From Candidatus Eiseniibacteriota bacterium (GTDB lineage Bacteria; Eisenbacteria; RBG-16-71-46; DASYSL01): a stretch of 30,990 bases of DNA. This document shows, one piece after another, positions 23,080 to 30,990 of this stretch; the first letter of the stretch is position 1; every line of letters begins with the position of its first letter. Location of the stretch: positions 1 to 30,990 of the forward strand of contig JBKJJJ010000001.1 in the NCBI GenBank assembly GCA_046598045.1, in the 5' to 3' direction. Below the pieces are notes generated by a model that ran no database searches, had not been told where the DNA came from, and saw only the letters and a list, made by a program, of their open reading frames with translations. The position numbers were made by a program, and so were the translations under genes.

Positions 23080-24951
23080 TTACGGGGCCCCGAGCGACTT
23101 CAGGCCCTTCAACGCATCCGGTTGGCCCGGCTTGAGCCCGAGCGCCTTGTGATAGGCGTCGATGGCCCCGCCGCGATCCCCCGAATTCTGCCGCGCCTGT
23201 CCCAGCCACACCCAGCTCATGGGCTGCTTGGGATCGCGGCGCACCGACTCCTCGAGCCACTTGGTTGCAGCCGCGTACTGCTTCGCCACGAGGTCGTAGT
23301 AGCCGAGCTGCTGGCAGGCCACCGCCCCTGTGGTCGTCGAGTCGAGAGCGGCGGTCCGGATGAACGCGGCCTTCGCCTGGTCGGTCCGCTTGAGCTTGCT
23401 GTAGGCCGCCCCGAGCTGCAACCACCAAGCCGCGTGCGTCGAGTCGACCGCCACGGACTTCTCGAGCGACTGGATCCCGTTCGTGTCATCGCCCATGGCC
23501 CGCTGGGACAGGCCCATGAAGTAGTAGGCTTCGGCCGCTTTCGGGTCAAGCGCGATCACGTGCCGGAACTCGCGGATTGCGCCCGTGTAGTCCTTGCGCT
23601 GATAGAGCAGGCGAGCCCGCTCCAGCTGGGCCTTGCGCGCGTCAGCCGTGGTCGAATCGGCGTCCACGATGCGCTTGTAGACCGCGTCCGCGGAGTCGTA
23701 GAGCGCGGCCTTGGCGAGCGTGTCCGGCGCCTCAACCGCGAGGCGGCGGAAGGCGTCGCCGAGACGGAATTGGTCGATCGGCTCGAGCCTCGTGGACCTG
23801 CCGAACGAGTTGATCGCGTTCTGGTACTCGCCGCTCTCGTATTGGATGATCCCGAGCGTGCGCCAGGCTGCCGGCGGGAAGTTCCCGGTCGCCTTGATCT
23901 CGTCGAGCAACTGCCTCGCCTTTATCTTGTCGGCCGCGCTGCCCCTGCGGAAGTAGGCCTGCGCCAGAATCGCCTTACCGTCGACGTTTTTCGGATCCAT
24001 CACCATCAATTTCTCGAGCACCTCGATCGCCTTGAAGACGCGCTGCGGATCGCTGAAGCTCGCGAGGTAGTACAGGTTGCCGAGCTTGAGGTAAGCCTCG
24101 CTGTACTCGGGGTCGGCCTCGACCACGTACTTGTACTCGTTGAGCGCGTCGTTGTAGAGCTGCCCCTTGTAGTACGCCTCCCCGAGCGCCATGCGCGTAT
24201 CGAGGTCGGTCTCGTCGATCGCCTTCGCCTGCTGGTAATTCTGGATCGCGAGCGACGGGATCTTGCGCACCATGTAGAGATCGCCGAGCGCGCGATAGAT
24301 CGGACCCTTGACCGAGTTCGGCGAGTTCAGTCCCTCGGCCGACTGGCGCGCGCGCAGGAGCCACACCTCGGCGGCCTTGAGCGACTCGGGACGCGCCTGG
24401 TTGGCGCGGCCCAGGCCGGCGAAGAAGAACATCTCGGTCTTCGGCCCGAACTTCACGCCCTGCTGCAGCACCGCGACCGCCTCGTCGTACTTCTTGAGCT
24501 GCGCGAGCGCGTCCCCGAGGCCGAGCTGGGCATCGGGAAACTTGCGATCGATCTCGACCGCCTTGCGGTAGGCGACCTCGGCCCCCGCCGCGTTGCCCAG
24601 GCGCATCTGCATCGCGCCCACGCCGCGGAACGGCTCGGCCAGGCGCGGGTCGAGGGCGCTCGCCTTCTGGAACTCGGCGAGCGCGGCCTGCCAGCTGCGC
24701 TTCTTCTCGAGCGCGAGCCCGAGGCCCAGGTGCGCCTGGGCGTCGTTCGGCGTCGCCTGCACGGCGTTGCGATACGCGGCGACCGCGTCGTCGACGCGGC
24801 CCGCTGCCAGCGCGTCCTTGCCGTCCCTCAGCGCGTCGGCGCGCGCGGTCGGGACGAGGAACGCCAGGCCCACGAGCAGGACCCCGCCCCTCAGCATGGC
24901 GCGGCGCAGCAGGGTGAAGGCGGGCTGATCGGCCATCGCGACTCGAATCAT
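23080..24951 (-). CDS. Large secreted/periplasmic tetratricopeptide-repeat protein
   Basis: Signal peptide ending ARA; many TPR units (AHLGLGLAL, AQLGLGDAL, AYLKLGNLY, AYYFMGLS, WVWLGQA) along the whole length. Confidence 0.9.
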   Translation of the reverse strand: MIRVAMADQPAFTLLRRAMLRGGVLLVGLAFLVPTARADALRDGKDALAAGRVDDAVAAYRNAVQATPNDAQAHLGLGLALEKKRSWQAALAEFQKASALDPRLAEPFRGVGAMQMRLGNAAGAEVAYRKAVEIDRKFPDAQLGLGDALAQLKKYDEAVAVLQQGVKFGPKTEMFFFAGLGRANQARPESLKAAEVWLLRARQSAEGLNSPNSVKGPIYRALGDLYMVRKIPSLAIQNYQQAKAIDETDLDTRMALGEAYYKGQLYNDALNEYKYVVEADPEYSEAYLKLGNLYYLASFSDPQRVFKAIEVLEKLMVMDPKNVDGKAILAQAYFRRGSAADKIKARQLLDEIKATGNFPPAAWRTLGIIQYESGEYQNAINSFGRSTRLEPIDQFRLGDAFRRLAVEAPDTLAKAALYDSADAVYKRIVDADSTTADARKAQLERARLLYQRKDYTGAIREFRHVIALDPKAAEAYYFMGLSQRAMGDDTNGIQSLEKSVAVDSTHAAWWLQLGAAYSKLKRTDQAKAAFIRTAALDSTTTGAVACQQLGYYDLVAKQYAAATKWLEESVRRDPKQPMSWVWLGQARQNSGDRGGAIDAYHKALGLKPGQPDALKGLKSLGAP

Positions 24952-24992
24952 CGATGCAGTTCCCTTTCGCAGGGCCCGTGACGGGATGGGCC

Positions 24993-25943
24993 TCAGTGGG
25001 ACGACGCCGTCGGCAGACGGCGGGTGAAACGAACCGGGACACTGGCGGGCACCCGGTGCCCATCGCGCACGAACCGTTGTCCCGGTTCGCTCAGCGCGAA
25101 AGTGACGAACCCCTGCCCCAGCTTCACACCGGGAACGCGGGTGACCAGGTTGTACGAGCGAGTGAGCGGGTAGTCGCGGCGGTAGACCGTTTCAGCGTCG
25201 AGCTCGACGTACGGGAGCCCCTTGGCACGGGAGACGGCCAGCACCTTCACGCCCGGACGAAGACTCGACTGCGAAACGAAACCCAGAGCGTCCGGCGTGC
25301 GGGCGACATGGGCGATCACCGCCGAGTCGTCGTCCGCGAGCACGGCCGCGGTCACGATGTCCTCCCGCTCGAGAATCTGGCGCGCGACGTACTGGGTCAG
25401 GCTCCGTGTGGGAGCCTCGATCACAGGTACGACGCGCCGGTCGGGTCCGCCGAATTCCCCCCAGGACGTCTCCGCCGCGGTGAGGACCTCGTGCAGGTCG
25501 TCGAACGAGAGCTGGTTCACGGGATTCGTGGGATGAACGATCACCGCCACTCCGTCCCGCGCCCAGCGGTACGCCTCCATGTCGATTCGGGCCTCCGTCG
25601 CCGCCTGCCGCTCGACCATTTCGGTCTCACGGCCGATCACGGCCAGGTCTGCCCGATTCGCGAAGACGTCGGCCATCGCGTCGCGCGAACTACGCGCGAG
25701 AACGCGAATGGACGCCCCCGGATACAAGCGCTCGAACGCCTGCGCGCTGGCCCCGAGGACCGGCGCCACTTCCGGCTCGGCTGCGATGGTCAGGACGCCG
25801 CTCGTGAGCGTGTCCTCCCGACGATCCCGGTGTGTCGCGTCGGGGGAGCAGCCGGCCGCCAGGCCGCTGAGGAGCACCGCCCCGAGGAGACCGGCGCGGC
25901 ACCGCTCGTATCCGAATGGCCGAAGTGTAAGCCACACATTCAT
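24993..25943 (-). CDS. PstS-fold (PBP type 2) substrate-binding lipoprotein, non-canonical; start uncertain
   Basis: Lipobox-like LAAGC; ARDGVAVIVHPTNPV, VARTPDALGFVS, YPLTRSYNL; lacks the GS(S/T)T and SGT phosphate-binding motifs. Confidence 0.82.
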   Translation of the reverse strand: MNVWLTLRPFGYERCRAGLLGAVLLSGLAAGCSPDATHRDRREDTLTSGVLTIAAEPEVAPVLGASAQAFERLYPGASIRVLARSSRDAMADVFANRADLAVIGRETEMVERQAATEARIDMEAYRWARDGVAVIVHPTNPVNQLSFDDLHEVLTAAETSWGEFGGPDRRVVPVIEAPTRSLTQYVARQILEREDIVTAAVLADDDSAVIAHVARTPDALGFVSQSSLRPGVKVLAVSRAKGLPYVELDAETVYRRDYPLTRSYNLVTRVPGVKLGQGFVTFALSEPGQRFVRDGHRVPASVPVRFTRRLPTASSH

Positions 25944-25952
25944 CGTGGTCAA
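25924..25952 (-). promoter_or_regulatory. Near-consensus sigma70 promoter at the head of the Ton-motor cluster
   Basis: Minus strand TTGACC-17 nt-TACACT in a locally AT-richer patch; overlaps the candidate ATG at 25943. Confidence 0.55.
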
Positions 25953-26136
25953 CGGCGGCGGAGCTTTCCGCCCACGACGGACGCCGGGAGCGAAACGCCA
26001 CCCTCCATGCCGGGGTCCTGGCGGGCTCTGGCCCCGGTCTTCACCCCTAGAGTACCCGTCCGGACCCCGGATGTTTCTCCGCGTGGCCCGGCAAGCGCCC
26101 GGGGCGCAGAGAGTTGACACATGGGCGCGGTTCCGG

Positions 26137-27447
26137 TCAGGGTTCGAGTCGATTCAGGAGGCGGGGGAACGGGATGGTCTCGCGCACGTGCTCGAGCCCG
26201 CAGATCCAGGCCAGCGTACGCTCCACCCCGATCCCGAAGCCGGCATGGGGCACCGAGCCGTAGCGCCGCAGGTCGAGGTACCACTCGAACGCGCGCTTGG
26301 GCAGGCCGTGGGCCTCGATCTGGGACTCCAGGTACCCGAGGTCGGCCGAGCGCTGCCCCCCGCCGGTGATCTCGCCATAGCCCTCGGGTGCGAGGCAGTC
26401 GACCGACAGGCTGTGTTTCGGCGAGGCGGCGTCGCGCTCCATGTAGAACGCCTTGATCGCGGTCGGGAAGTGATGGACGAACACCGGCCGGTCGTAGGAC
26501 TCGGCGATCGCGGTCTCGTCCGGAGCGCCGAAGTCGCCGCCCCACTCGAATGGCAGGCCCTTGGTCGCGAGCAGTTTCACCGCGTCGTCGTAGTGCAGGC
26601 GATGGAACGGCTTCTTGACCTGCGCGAGGCGCGAGGTGTCGCGCTCGATGCGCTTGAGCTCCTCGGTGCGCTCCTCGAGCACGCGGCCGACGACGTGCTC
26701 GAGCATATCCTCCTCGAGCGCCATCACGTCGTCGAGCGTGGCATACGCCATCTCGGGCTCGAGCATCCAGAACTCGATGAGATGCCGGCGCGTTTTCGAC
26801 TTCTCGGCGCGGAACGTCGGCCCGAAGGAGTAGACCTTGCCGAACGCCATCGCCGCGGCCTCCATGTACAACTGGCCGCTCTGGGTCAGGTACGCCTTCT
26901 GGTCGAAGTACTGGGTCTCGAACAGCGTGCTCGTGCCCTCGCACGCGTTGGGCGTGAAGATCGGCGCGTCCACCAGGATGAACCCGCGCTGGTCGAAGTA
27001 GTTGCGCAGCGCCGAGACCAGCGTCGCGCGAATCCTCAGGATCGCGTTCTGCCGCGGCGAACGGAGCCACAGGTGGCGGTGGTCCATCAGGAACTCGGTG
27101 CCGTGTTCCTTGGGCGTGATCGGATAGGGCAACGCGAGGTGGACCACCGTGAGGCCGGTGAGTGCCATCTCGTAGCCGCCCGGCGCACGGGTGTCCGCGC
27201 GGGGCACGCCGGTCACGATCACGGCGCTCTCCTGCGGCAGGTTGTCGAGGCGGGCGAACATCTCCTCGGAGAGCTCGCCCTTGACCCCGACCGTCTGCAG
27301 GATACCGCTCCCGTCGCGCATGACGAGGAACGCGACCTTGCCGCTCCCCCGGCGCTGGTGCACCCAACCCTTGATCTCGACCTCTTCCCCGACGTGCCGA
27401 CCGACATCTTCGATTCGCACGGCGCTCAAGTTCGTGGCGTCGGACAC
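26137..27447 (-). CDS. asnS: Asparagine--tRNA ligase
   Basis: OB fold (KGWVHQRR...RDGSGILQ), [64 protein letters not shown] before GTG 27447. Confidence 0.95.
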   Translation of the reverse strand: MSDATNLSAVRIEDVGRHVGEEVEIKGWVHQRRGSGKVAFLVMRDGSGILQTVGVKGELSEEMFARLDNLPQESAVIVTGVPRADTRAPGGYEMALTGLTVVHLALPYPITPKEHGTEFLMDHRHLWLRSPRQNAILRIRATLVSALRNYFDQRGFILVDAPIFTPNACEGTSTLFETQYFDQKAYLTQSGQLYMEAAAMAFGKVYSFGPTFRAEKSKTRRHLIEFWMLEPEMAYATLDDVMALEEDMLEHVVGRVLEERTEELKRIERDTSRLAQVKKPFHRLHYDDAVKLLATKGLPFEWGGDFGAPDETAIAESYDRPVFVHHFPTAIKAFYMERDAASPKHSLSVDCLAPEGYGEITGGGQRSADLGYLESQIEAHGLPKRAFEWYLDLRRYGSVPHAGFGIGVERTLAWICGLEHVRETIPFPRLLNRLEP

Positions 27448-27562
27448 CGATTTCTCCTGGAAGGGGCGGATCCAACGGACTCGCGGATGGGGGTCAAGAT
27501 CGGACAAATTCCGCCGATATCCACGGCGAGGCGGGGAGGGAACCTTCCCCGGCAAGAAGGGC

Positions 27563-27592
27563 ACGCTATCGGCAGGCCTTCCGGGCTGTCAA
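27563..27592 (-). promoter_or_regulatory. Sigma70-type promoter for asnS
   Basis: Minus strand TTGACA-18 nt-TAGCGT in the divergent intergenic region. Confidence 0.55.
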
Positions 27593-27604
27593 GGGAAAGC
27601 CTTG

Positions 27605-29545
27605 ATGGGATCGAACGTTACGCCAATCCAGCAGGTGCGTGTGAGCGCCCTGGCCGCCGTCATCGCCTCGGCGATCGCGATCGCAGTACCCGCAGCCTGG
27701 GGCGCCCCCGGGCCCGCGGCCCCGGCCGCCTTGCCCGCCCCTCCGGCGGTTACGGTGCCCGGTGATCCGACGGACGTTGCGGGCTGGCTTACCTACCGTG
27801 CCGCGCTCGACCTGCCGGCGCTGCCCGCGCAGGCCACGGTGCTCTATCGCATGGGCGTCGAGGCCCAGAAACAGGGCAATTTCGAGATTGCGGTCGCGCG
27901 CTGGCGCGGCGCCGAGGAACTCGACCCGGGTTACCTCGCCCCCCGCCTGGCACTCATCAGCGACCTCCTCGGACGCGACCCGTCGCAGGGCCTGATGGAG
28001 ATCGGCCGCCTCGCCGGCCTGGCGCGCACCAGCTTCCGCCTGCAACACTTCATGACGTCGTATTTTCTGTTCTACGGCCTGACTGCGCTCTTCCTCGGGA
28101 CGCTCGCGGTCGCCCTGCTGTTGTGCTGGCGGCACCGCAACCGGCTGCGCCACGTCTACCAGGAGCTGCTCGCCCGCCGGTTGCCGGCCCCGCGCGCCCG
28201 CCTGTGGGCGTGGGCGCTGGTCGCACTGCCGTTCGTGCTCGGGCTCGGCATCGCCGTCCCCGCCGCCTTCACGCTCGCGCTCTTGTGGAGCTACCTGCGC
28301 AAGAGCGAGCGCCTGGTCTTCCTGGCGCTCTCTGCCACGCTCGTCCTGAGCCCGATGGCCACCCGCGTGTTCGACGAACTCTCGTTGCCGGCGCGTCCGA
28401 ACGATCCGCCGTTCTACGCCCTGGTCGAGCTCGACCAACAGCCCTTCGACGCCGCGCGCATGGCGAGGGTTTCCGCGCTGGCGCAGCAGCACCCGGAGAA
28501 CCCGTTCCTCGCGTTCTCCGAAGGCTGGCTGGCGCAGCGCGGGCACCTCTACGACCAGGCGCGCACCGCCTACGAGCGGGCGCAGGGACCATGGCCTGAG
28601 GAAGCTCGCATCCCGAACAACCTGGGCAACATCGCGTTCGCGCAGGGCAACGCCGCGCAGGCCGAGATCCACTACAAGCGCGCCATCGAACTCGCCCCGC
28701 GCTGGGCCGCGGCGCACTACAACCTCGGGCAGCTCTACACCGCGCGCTATCGCTACGCCGAGGCGAGCGAGGAAATCGCCCAGGCGACCGCGCTCGACTT
28801 CGACCTCGTTCGCGGCCTGCAGGCGCGCTCGTCCGGGCAGTCGACCCCCGCGCTGGCCGAGGAATGGATCGAGCCGCGCACGCAATGGCAGGCGGTGTTC
28901 GGCGCGAACACGAATCACGGCGGCGCCGCGGTCGTGCCGCCGGCGTGGCAGCCCTGGTTCGAGAGCCGCGGGATGCCGGTCGCGGTCTGGACGCTGTTGT
29001 TCGTCGCCCTCGGCATCGCGCTCGGTCTCGTGCTGCACCATTACCTCCCGGCGCGGATCTGCGGCAACTGCGCGGCGACGGTGTGCCGACGCTGCGCGAC
29101 CCGCCGGCGCGACCAGGTTCTGTGCGAGGACTGCGCCGTGCTGGTCACCACCGCGACCACGCCCGAGTTCGGGCGCCTGCTCCTGTTCAAGCGCCGGCGC
29201 GAGACCCGCCGGCGCCAGGGACAGGTGCGCACGGCGATCGCGATCCTCGTTCCCGGCTATGGCGTGCTGGCGTTCGATCGCCTGTGGTTCGGTTGGATCC
29301 TCAGCGGCGTCACGGCCCTGACGGCGCTCTTGCTGCTCTCCGGCCACGCGCCGTTCCCGTACGATCCGCGCGTGTATGCGGGGGGACCCCGCCCGCTCGC
29401 CGGGATCGCGCTCGCCGGCTTCGCCGTGACCTACTTCGTCTCGCTGTTCGCCTACCTGTCCCTCCACGGTCACGCCCGCGAAGAAGACGCGAGCGTCGAC
29501 ACTTCGTCCGGCAAGGCGCGCGAGCGCCTCAAGCGGGCCGCGTAG
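27605..29545 (+). CDS. Multi-pass membrane protein with TPR repeats and a Cys6 zinc-finger-like motif
   Basis: Signal-like N-terminus, about 8 hydrophobic segments, TPRs (IPNNLGNIAF, AHYNLGQLY), CGNC-x4-CRRC-x9-CEDC. Confidence 0.85.
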   Translation: MGSNVTPIQQVRVSALAAVIASAIAIAVPAAWGAPGPAAPAALPAPPAVTVPGDPTDVAGWLTYRAALDLPALPAQATVLYRMGVEAQKQGNFEIAVARWRGAEELDPGYLAPRLALISDLLGRDPSQGLMEIGRLAGLARTSFRLQHFMTSYFLFYGLTALFLGTLAVALLLCWRHRNRLRHVYQELLARRLPAPRARLWAWALVALPFVLGLGIAVPAAFTLALLWSYLRKSERLVFLALSATLVLSPMATRVFDELSLPARPNDPPFYALVELDQQPFDAARMARVSALAQQHPENPFLAFSEGWLAQRGHLYDQARTAYERAQGPWPEEARIPNNLGNIAFAQGNAAQAEIHYKRAIELAPRWAAAHYNLGQLYTARYRYAEASEEIAQATALDFDLVRGLQARSSGQSTPALAEEWIEPRTQWQAVFGANTNHGGAAVVPPAWQPWFESRGMPVAVWTLLFVALGIALGLVLHHYLPARICGNCAATVCRRCATRRRDQVLCEDCAVLVTTATTPEFGRLLLFKRRRETRRRQGQVRTAIAILVPGYGVLAFDRLWFGWILSGVTALTALLLLSGHAPFPYDPRVYAGGPRPLAGIALAGFAVTYFVSLFAYLSLHGHAREEDASVDTSSGKARERLKRAA

Positions 29546-29554
29546 GAGAACGCC

Positions 29555-30634
29555 ATGGCGCTGTCCGGAAGTCTGCGCGAGTTCGCACTCTCCGAAATCC
29601 TCCAGCTCCTGTCGAGCCAGCGCAAGACCGGCTCGCTGCGGCTCAGCCGCGGGTCCGAGTCCCGCGTCGTCTACCTGCTCGAGGGCCGCATCGCCTCGAT
29701 GCGCGACCGCGGATTCGGCAACGACGATCCGCTCGCGCGCTTCCTGCGCCGGGTCCATCGCCTCTCCGAGGAGCAGTTGCGAGGCATCGCCTCGATCCAC
29801 GCCGAGAGCAATCGCGACTTCGTCGACCTCCTGCTCAACGGGCGCTACATCGAGCGCGAGGAGCTGGCGGTCCTGTACGAGCGCACGGTCCTCGACGTGC
29901 TGCACGACATCCTGTCGTGGGATGACGGGACGTACTCGTTCTCCAACGTGGCTCCCCCGGAGAGCGCGCTCCAGGTCTCGCTGTCCACCGAGTCCATGCT
30001 CATGGAAGCGGTGCGGCGCATGGACGAGCTCCGGCGCTACAAGCAGAAGCTGACCGATCCAGCCCTCGTTCTCGGGCTCAAGGAATTGCCGGATCCGGAT
30101 GCGGCGCTCGGGGAGGAAGAGAAGGAACTGTTCGGGCTGGTCGACGGACGCCGCACCCTCGGCGAACTCGTGCTCGAGGCGCCATTCAACGACTTCGAGG
30201 CCTACGAAGCGCTGTTCCGGCTGATCGAGGCGGGCTGGATCGAGATCCAGGGCCGTCGCGCCCCGGAGGCGATCCTCGAGGAAGTCCCCGCGGCTCGCGC
30301 CGGACTCGGGGCGACCTGGCGCACCGAGGCCGCGCTGGCGGGCGCTTGCGTGCTCCTCGTGCTCGTGTTCCAGGCGCTGGCGTGGAAGACGACGCATGTC
30401 CCGGCGCCGAGCTCCCCGGGAGAGAATGTCTACGCCACGATGGGGCTGAGGGACGTCCGGGCGGCGCTCGAAGCCGAGCACGCCCGCAGCGGACACTATC
30501 CCGGCGCGCTCGATGTCCTGGTGGCGCAGGGCTGGCTCGAGAAGTCGCAGCTCAAGCCCGCGGGCGCCCCGCTGTTCTATCACGCCGAGGAGGGCGACAG
30601 CAGCTTCGTGCTGAGCTTCGCGCGGGGCAACTGA
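29555..30634 (+). CDS. DUF4388 (PATAN-like) domain protein with a C-terminal TM and a pseudopilin-like tail
   Basis: MALSGSLREFALSEILQLLSSQRKTGSLRL, WDDGTYSF, LMEAVRRMDE, LVDGRRTLGEL; TM at about 30328-30385; AGGAG RBS. Confidence 0.88.
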   Translation: MALSGSLREFALSEILQLLSSQRKTGSLRLSRGSESRVVYLLEGRIASMRDRGFGNDDPLARFLRRVHRLSEEQLRGIASIHAESNRDFVDLLLNGRYIEREELAVLYERTVLDVLHDILSWDDGTYSFSNVAPPESALQVSLSTESMLMEAVRRMDELRRYKQKLTDPALVLGLKELPDPDAALGEEEKELFGLVDGRRTLGELVLEAPFNDFEAYEALFRLIEAGWIEIQGRRAPEAILEEVPAARAGLGATWRTEAALAGACVLLVLVFQALAWKTTHVPAPSSPGENVYATMGLRDVRAALEAEHARSGHYPGALDVLVAQGWLEKSQLKPAGAPLFYHAEEGDSSFVLSFARGN

Positions 30635-30990
30635 TCAACCGCGCGTGATGCGCTCCGCGAACGCGAGCAGGTCCGGCGCCCGAAGCACCCCTTCGGGCGC
30701 CGGTTCGTTTTCCTCGCGCGCGTTCGCCGCCGCGCCCGCTCGCTCGGCCCCGCCCCAGCCGGTCGCCAGCAGCGCCGGCTGCACACCGGCCGCGCGCGCC
30801 GCGACCGCGTCCTTGATCGTGTCCCCCACCAGCCATGAGCCCTTCGCGTGGAGGCCGAGTTCCGCGCAGGCGTCGAGCACCAGGCCCGGCTTCGGCTTGC
30901 GGCACGCGCACCCCTCCTCCGGACGGTGCGGACACACGAAGATGCCCGCCAGCTCGACCCCCTCGCTCCGCAGGAGGCCGCGCAAGCGCG
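30635..30990 (-). CDS. gmhB: D-glycero-D-manno-heptose-1,7-bisphosphate phosphatase-like HAD-IIIA hydrolase (5'-partial)
   Basis: Zn motif CPH-x5-CxCRKPKPG and WLVGDTIKD; N-terminus lies beyond the window. Confidence 0.8.
   Translation of the reverse strand, partial: RLRGLLRSEGVELAGIFVCPHRPEEGCACRKPKPGLVLDACAELGLHAKGSWLVGDTIKDAVAARAAGVQPALLATGWGGAERAGAAANAREENEPAPEGVLRAPDLLAFAERITRG

Noticed and set aside
24993..25943. pstS of a phosphate ABC transporter
   Set aside because: No pstCAB/phoU nearby and the phosphate-binding motifs are missing
27448..27562. T-box leader for asnS
   Set aside because: Leader is about 110 nt, with no T-box consensus or terminator seen

Overview
This is a high-GC, gene-dense bacterial chromosomal segment with no recognisable mobile element, CRISPR array or RNA gene. 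Gene content and the form of ExbB suggest an FCB-group diderm (inference only). In window order it holds: (1) a minus-strand threonine/glycine catabolic block, transcribed uvrA-tdh-kbl-secreted Cys-motif protein-gcvT-gcvH-gcvPA-gcvPB-small membrane protein, with a divergent APC amino-acid permease; (2) a YknWXYZ/MacAB-TolC-like export cluster (Yip1, TolC, MFP, ATPase, two permeases); (3) a receptor-less Ton-type motor cluster (non-canonical PstS-fold lipoprotein, large periplasmic TPR protein, STAS anti-anti-sigma, ExbB, two ExbD, two TonB); (4) asnS; (5) a divergent pair of uncharacterised membrane proteins (TPR/multi-TM/Cys6 zinc finger, and DUF4388/PATAN-TM-pseudopilin-like); (6) a partial gmhB-like HAD phosphatase. 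The best candidates for an undescribed system are the Ton motor cluster with its embedded STAS protein (possibly linked to the adjacent exporter) and the TPR-Zn-finger/DUF4388 pair. All calls come from motif recognition by eye; no searches were run.
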